From Anthoceros angustus (taxonomy: Eukaryota > Plantae > Anthocerotophyta), in contig VJWM01000377.1 in assembly GCA_010909165.1 (NCBI GenBank), positions 1 to 26,599 of the forward strand: a stretch of 26,599 nt of DNA, given 5' to 3'. Made by a program: the position numbers and the translations under genes. Below, piece after piece: positions 21,041 through 26,599 of this stretch (positions are counted from its first letter, which is position 1; each line of letters opens with the position of its first letter). A model generated the notes under the pieces. It was not told the origin of the DNA. It did not search any database and saw nothing but the letters and a program-made list of their open reading frames with translations.

Positions 21041-21897
21041 TCAGCTCTCCTTGCTTAGGTCTTGTCCAGCTTGCCTCTTCCCTTGCTTGCTGGTCTTGTC
21101 GAATTTTTCTGTGATGCTGCCAACAGTAGCATGCTTTTCCTCCCTTTCCCGCAACAGCGCGGCCTGCTGTCTCATCCTCATGCTCTCCTTTGCACTATCT
21201 GTGCCATGGCCATGCTGCTCGCTTGCCAGGCTTCTAGTTTTTCCTCGCCGCATGCAACCTGTGGCCCCTTCCTTGAAATTCGCCAATTATGCACAATACA
21301 AGCACACGTTAATGGCGTTGTCAATTTCATTTTCCTCCCTTGAATACGACTAGGGATTTGCACACGGAAGGAAGGTGGACGGTAGCTCTAAACCCCTGCA
21401 GACCAGTGAGCATCCGCCACCTCATTCCGGCATCTTTGGAGGCCTCAATCTTCTCCTGCAATCACGCTCTCTGCGTTCGTTGCGGATGACTTGAATCTTG
21501 CCCTTGGCCTTATTCTTCTTCAATATGGCGTCCGGATGCAATGACCTTCCTACATCCGGTTTCTGTCTTCAGCTTTTTGTCCAGGGAAGTTGATGTACTC
21601 TCCGCTTCGCACAAACGTTTTTCTGTTTCTCAAGCCTCGTTACCAGCTCCTCGTCGGACAGGTCCTTCAGATACGCAGCAAGGTCCCATCGGCTGCGCTG
21701 ACGCTCTTGCGGTCGTTGCGGATCATTTGAAGCTGCTTCTCCAACTTCATATCCTTGACCCTTTCCTTCTCGACCCCTGTGCCGTGTCTAACAACCTTTG
21801 CCACCAACGTAATTTTCCCCTCACTCGAGCCCTCAAGCATGTTATCTGATTGCAGCTTCAGTTCCGCAGCAAGACTGCCCTCCTCCTTATCCGCCAT
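21041..21897 (-). pseudogene. RING-family copy 7 (duplicate of copy 5), RING deleted
   Basis: ORF 21667-21897 MADKEEGSLAAELKLQSDNMLE...KQLQMIRNDRK. ORF 21041-21286 reads through the deletion junction into the cassette. Confidence 0.8.
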
Positions 21898-21949
21898 TCC
21901 TCGCCAGCCGTGATGCAGAGCCCAGTATCCTCAACCCACATGCAAGGCG

Positions 21950-22075
21950 TACAGACACCCGTTGCATATATGTATGAAGTGGGGTGTCTGTAATCACATG
22001 GGCAAGCACATGCGATTGCAGACACCGCACATGTGATAAGGGCAAGATGTGACACATCCCCTTATCACATGTGAT
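21950..22075. repeat. Cluster of overlapping inverted repeats, copy 2
   Basis: Duplicate of 20008-20130. Confidence 0.85.
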
Positions 22076-22084
22076 TAGGGACAA

Positions 22085-22761
22085 ACCTTCCTTCTCACAG
22101 GTCTGCAGGAGGTTTAGAGCTACCTTCCTACCTTCCTTCTCAAAGGTCTGCAGGTTTAGAGATACCGTCCTACCTTCTACCTTCCTTGTGCAAAGCCCTC
22201 CCTTCTTGAAAATCGGATGTGGAGGAGGGACAGTGAAATTGACAATGCCACTAACGGGCGAATTCCCAAGGGAGGGGCCACGGAGTGCAGGGAGGATGTC
22301 TCTGCACGAGGCTCTGCATGCAGGAAAACCAGAAGCCTGGCAAGCGAGCGGCGAGGTACAGGGATGAAGTTGGAGGAGCTTGATGAGCTCGGCTCCTCCA
22401 CCATGGCCATGGCGCAGATAGTGGAAAAGGAGAATGAGGAAGGGAGAGGAGGCCGCGCTAATGCGGAGAGAGGAGGCAAGGCATGCAACAGTTGTTTCCG
22501 AGCTGCAAAGCATGGAGGCGAGAGAATATAGCCTCTGAACGAACGGCTGCACTTGACCTTAGGAATGAGCGTTAGCAAATTGCGTCCGACCTGGAGGCGG
22601 AGCAGGAGAAAATATGTGTAAGATCTGCTTTGTGGAGGCCAGGAACACCGTGGTCTTACCTTGCTTTCATTACTGTGCATGCAGCGGCACAGGGACCAGA
22701 CCCTACTTGCCCTACTTGCACAGACCCCATCACCGGATCAATGGCCTTGTATGTGGCATAG
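22085..22761 (+). pseudogene. RING-family copy 8: 5'-truncated, retains a partly damaged RING
   Basis: MCKICFVEARNTVVLPCFH (ORF 22614), then after a small deletion/frameshift PTCPTCTDPITGSMALYVA* (stop 22759-22761). No leader or N-terminal motif upstream. Confidence 0.8.
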
Positions 22762-23220
22762 TAGTGGTACTGCTGCTGTCCCAATTTTCTAACCTGGGAC
22801 CCGCTTTGTCTGCTGAACTCTGCCATCATCACAGAAAACTTAGACGAAACCAGCAAGGGAAGAGGTAAGGACAACACTAAGAAGCTGGCCAAGACTAAGC
22901 GAAGGGAGAGCTAAGCAACGAGGGACAAGAGATTTTTCACCTCGTCTTGTATAGGCATGCTCCTCCTCTCCAGCTAGTCTGGGTGCATACCGGTTTTTGT
23001 TAGAGAGGAGCGCTGGTTGAACAAGGTACCCACGAACAAAGCCGGTAGCCACATTTGCTTGTTATCCACACGATTAATTCTTTGCAGACATGTCTCTGGG
23101 CTTTGAATGAAGAGCTGTTTGTAGGAGCTTGCCTTGAATGTGCAAAGCCAGTTGCTAGTGTTGACACTCTCGCGTGCCTGCAGACTGGCCAGCCAGCTGC
23201 TTTTACAGCACATCTACCTG
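22762..23220 (+). repeat. Family 3' cassette (reference copy)
   Basis: ttcacctcgtc.tgtataggc...ctccagct.gtct.gg...aaggta...tgtgcaaagccag homologues occur at ~8740-8986, 13125-13460, 18760-19180 and 20690-21125 (minus) and at 15890-16105 and 16575-16850 (plus). Confidence 0.85.
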
Positions 23221-23529
23221 CAATAAGAGCTCTACATGTCCTTCCATGCCCAAGCAGTGTCAAAAACCCCGCGTGCATCTTCCATTTCGTCGAATTTGGC
23301 ACACCTGTTCACGAGGCGGTTACCAACCAGTATTTTATCTTGCAGTCCGTTCCAAAGATGTAACGCACCAGTGCATGCACAGACCTTCAGAAGGGCACCT
23401 GCCTGGACATGTATGCAAAATTCGGAGAACTGGAGTAATGCCCAATGATGGAGAACTGGAGGCAAAAGGCGCTTGTTGTGTATGGGCAAGTGGACCGGGA
23501 GGGGCCTAATTGTGGCTGACCATGTTACA

Positions 23530-23709
23530 TGTGAACCAAAGCGATCTAGACCAGACACACGACACACAGAGAAGAACAACGAGTAGTGTGTTTCATTATG
23601 AGCCTGAAAAGGCATTACACAAGAGCAGAACGAAGAGTCACGTCTGTTCATATAGCGTCCCTAAACAAAAGGAGAAACGAGCTTCACGTAAAACGTAACC
23701 AGTTTCACA
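23530..23709 (-). mobile_element. 3' LTR of Ty1/copia element (180 bp)
   Basis: TGTGAA...TTCACA perfect 6-bp terminal inverted repeat, preceded on the minus strand by the short PPT aagggg and the pol stop at 23745. Contains TATA-like ctatatgaa. Confidence 0.8.
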
Positions 23710-23744
23710 CCCCTTGAAGCGAGATGATCTAAAACAGCAGTGTA

Positions 23745-26599
23745 TCACAAATCAACGAGTCCCAATCTTGAACAGAAGCTCTCATGTTTAATCTTCCCCA
23801 AAGGCTTGGTGAGAATGTCGGCTAGCTGGTCTTCAGTGGATACGTACGTCAACACTAGCGCTCCTAAGTCCACCTTGAGACGGAGGAAATGATATCTTAC
23901 TTCTATGTGTTTTGATCGCTCATGAAACCTCAGATCTTTTGAGAGAGCAATGGTAGCTGTATTATCACACATTAATTCCAAAGGGCCTTCTTGTGGGTAA
24001 CCAAGGTCTCGAAGTAGCTGAACGATCCATAGTCCTTCCTTGGCGGCTGAGGCAGCAATATATTCAGATTCAGCTGAACTCTGTGCAATCGAGGTTTGTT
24101 TCTTCGACTTCCAGCTCACAGGCCCCTGCAAGCATGAACACGTAACCACTTGTGGATTTTCTAGAGTGAGGATCGCCTGCATAGTCTGCATCAGTCCAAC
24201 CTATAAGCTTGGTTGCAGCATCAGGACCTCCTTTGTACTGAATTCCACGGGTTCTCGTTCGCTGAAGATATCTAAGGATTCTTTTAGCTGCTACCCAATG
24301 TAACTTTCCAGGATTGGACAGGAACTGAGAAACGTGGCCATTAGGACACGCTATATCTGGTCTAGTGTATTGAGCTAAATGCTGAACACTGCCTACTACG
24401 CCTGCATACGGAACTGATTGCATCTCAGCAGCTTCATCATCTACTTGAGGTGACATAGTCTTACTTAGTCTTGGGCCTGTTTGCATGGGTGTGTCTACAG
24501 GTTTGCAGCTAGACATTTCATACTTGGTCAGTAAGTTAAAACATACGTATCCTGATGCAAGGTGATAGTATGACTAGACGAATTCTGAACGACCTGAATA
24601 CCAAGACAATATGACATACTCCCATTATCAGTCATTTTGAACTCTTTCCAAGAGCAGATTTGCACTCCGCTAAATACTTTTCATCATTTGAAACCATGAT
24701 GAGGTCATCTACATAGAGACCCATCATAAGCATCTGTGTCCCCTATTTCTTGTGAAGACGCTAGAGTCCATGATTTTTAACATAACCTGTGCTGAGTAAA
24801 TACCGAAGTAGATGCTCGCATCATTTCCTGAGACCGCCATCCATAGAGTGTTTCAAGAAGGCACACCTTGGACTCTTGGCCTTTACTTCATATCCAGGAG
24901 GTCGTTGAACGTAGATTTCTTCTTTTAAAATCCCATGAAGAAACGGGTCTCCACATCTAATCGATGTATAGCGAGACCATATAGAGCAGCTAGGGCTATC
25001 ATCACACGAAGAGAGGTGAGTTTAACTAGGGCTGAAGATATCGGATTCGAGTAGTCGACTCCACTCTTTTGTGTGAATCCTCTTGCTAGAGTCCGGCCTT
25101 GAACTGCGAGAGCCATCTCGCGTGCTTCTTTCTCAAGACCCATTTGCTGCCCACGATGTTTCGCCGTGGATCAACCAAGGTCCGTGTGTTAGAAACCAAG
25201 GATTGATATTCACCCCATTGCCTGCTTCCGAGTTGGATTCGGTCCTTTAGTGCTTAATGAGAACAATGTCAAGACTAGAGAGCATGCGTAAAGGCCTTGG
25301 ATTTGTCAAAGGAGAGATCATGAAATTTTACACTTGGAATCCCTCTGCTTTGGCCCGGTAGAGCGTCGTGTTGTGTTGTCAAGATGGAAGTCCATCGTGC
25401 TCGCAACATTAGGATCCGGTCCTTGAAATCCATCATGCTCAAGAACGCTATTCGTCCCGGCCGAAAGGTGATCTTTGTAAAGCCATCGTGTTGTGGGCGG
25501 GTGAGGGGAGCTGGGAAGGGGTGGTAAAGGAGCGCGGGTTAGGGATTGGGTGGGAAGTGGCACGGAATGGGAGGCGGTTGAAAGACGTCGTCCGCATAGG
25601 TGGTAGGAAGGAGTGTCATCGCTACTGGCTGCCGGTGAAGGATCCCGAGGAGGAGCGTTGCATAGAAGCTTCATCAAAGATGACATTCCCGCCAACGAAA
25701 AGCGGGTTGTGGCGATTGTAGAGCCGGTAACCTTTCACACCAGCTTTTCGCCATATCCGACAAAGGTAAGTGGGATGGAACGAGGGTCCAATTTCTTGCA
25801 CTGGGAACATATTTGTAGGCGGTGCAGCCAAAAATCCTAAGATGGTCGACGTTCGCCTTCCAGATTTCATAAGGTGTCTTGTCTTCAATCGTGGAAGTGC
25901 CACATGATTTTGAACATAGCAAACGCAGCAGCAGCCCGCCCACGATAATTTGGGAGGCTAGCAGAGAGTCATGGACACATAATGGAGCGATGGCACTCAG
26001 CCTTTCCCAATTGTTGGTGTGAATATGGGACGATCTTTTGGTGTTGGATCCCGTGAGAGGAGATGTCCTCAAAAATTGGTGTGGTAAGTTCTCCCGCATT
26101 GTCGAGAAAATCTTGATCTTCCGTCATTGGTGGTTCTCGCATAAGCTTGGAACGCTTGAACAGTGGAAATGCCTCGGGTTTGTATTTGAGGAAATAAAGG
26201 TGTGTCCAAAGGATCGAAATCATCTAGCAAGACAAACATGTATAATTCGACAGTTGCTCCGTGCATTGGTCCGCAAAGGTCAGCATGTACCAACTCAAGG
26301 ACACGGATGTTTTGGTATGGGATCTTGATAAGGTCGGGTGGCGCGGTTTGCTCACGACACCGGGACATAGAGGTAAAGCTCCTAACTTAGGAGGTAACCC
26401 TAAAACCAGATTTTTGTGGACATCCGCCGCATGCCCCGCAGATGTAAGTGGTGTGGAACGAAGACTTTGGTTTCCAAGACGCCGGGCAGGAGACCGACGC
26501 GTGAGATGGGTAATGCTGTTCAAAGGTGTAGGTGGTAGGTAGGTCGATAGCAATGTAGGAAGCTGAGGGACGTCCAAGGAAGTTCGGCCTTAATCGAAA
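23745..26599 (-). pseudogene. pol: Copia pol polyprotein (integrase, reverse transcriptase, RNase H), multiply frameshifted
   Basis: RRLGN (GAG-pre-integrase), VLELVHADLCGPM, KTPYEIWK..HLRIFGCTAY, LARGFTQKSGVDY, LYVDDLIMV (~24692-24718), TRPDIA, GWTDADYAGD, SWKSKKQTSIAQSSAESEY, CDNTATI, HERSKHIEVRYH, DQLADILTK. Confidence 0.94.

Larger units (their letters stand above)
18598..22483. repeat. ~1.94-kb tandem duplication (units ~18598-20540 and ~20537-22483)
   Basis: caagcctgcagactgcgcac at 18602 and 20541. The units are colinear and differ mostly by small indels. The junction has 'ggca' microhomology. Confidence 0.95.
23530..26599 (-). mobile_element. Ty1/copia LTR retrotransposon, 3' portion (continues beyond window)
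   Basis: Domain order integrase-RT-RNase H is diagnostic of copia, followed by PPT and LTR. Confidence 0.96.

Noticed and set aside
22840-23052. Antisense peptide FVxxYLxQ...PRLAGEEExAY recurring in the 3' cassette as a convergent gene
   Set aside because: Codon comparison with the ~13243-13310 copy shows mostly first/second-position changes and frame-breaking indels, with no synonymous bias.

Overview
Eukaryotic, probably land-plant, repeat-rich window with no prokaryotic features. Dense 1-bp indels, including between near-identical duplicates, suggest a noisy long-read consensus, so frameshifts cannot be read as true pseudogenisation. The main hidden feature, largely missed by the ORF track, is an amplified family of apparently intronless ~1.0-1.15 kb genes. 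Each encodes a twice-repeated N-terminal 'LAAxLxLxSDxEL' helical motif, a charged coiled coil and a C-terminal C3HC4 RING finger (zf-C3HC4_3-like spacing, a predicted E3 ubiquitin ligase). About ten full, truncated or deleted copies lie between 2.5 and 22.8 kb. Most share a conserved 5' leader and a conserved ~350-450 bp 3' cassette. They are repeatedly arranged head-to-head inside a mosaic of direct, tandem and inverted duplications, including a ~12 kb imperfect palindrome. Some copies have lost the RING and others the N-terminus, and these face each other across a hairpin cluster. The right end is the 3' part of a Ty1/copia LTR retrotransposon on the minus strand (integrase, RT, RNase H, PPT, 180-bp LTR). 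A degenerate gag-like zinc-knuckle segment lies at ~10.5-11.6 kb, and an inverted-repeat-bounded 5.2 kb block lies at the left end.
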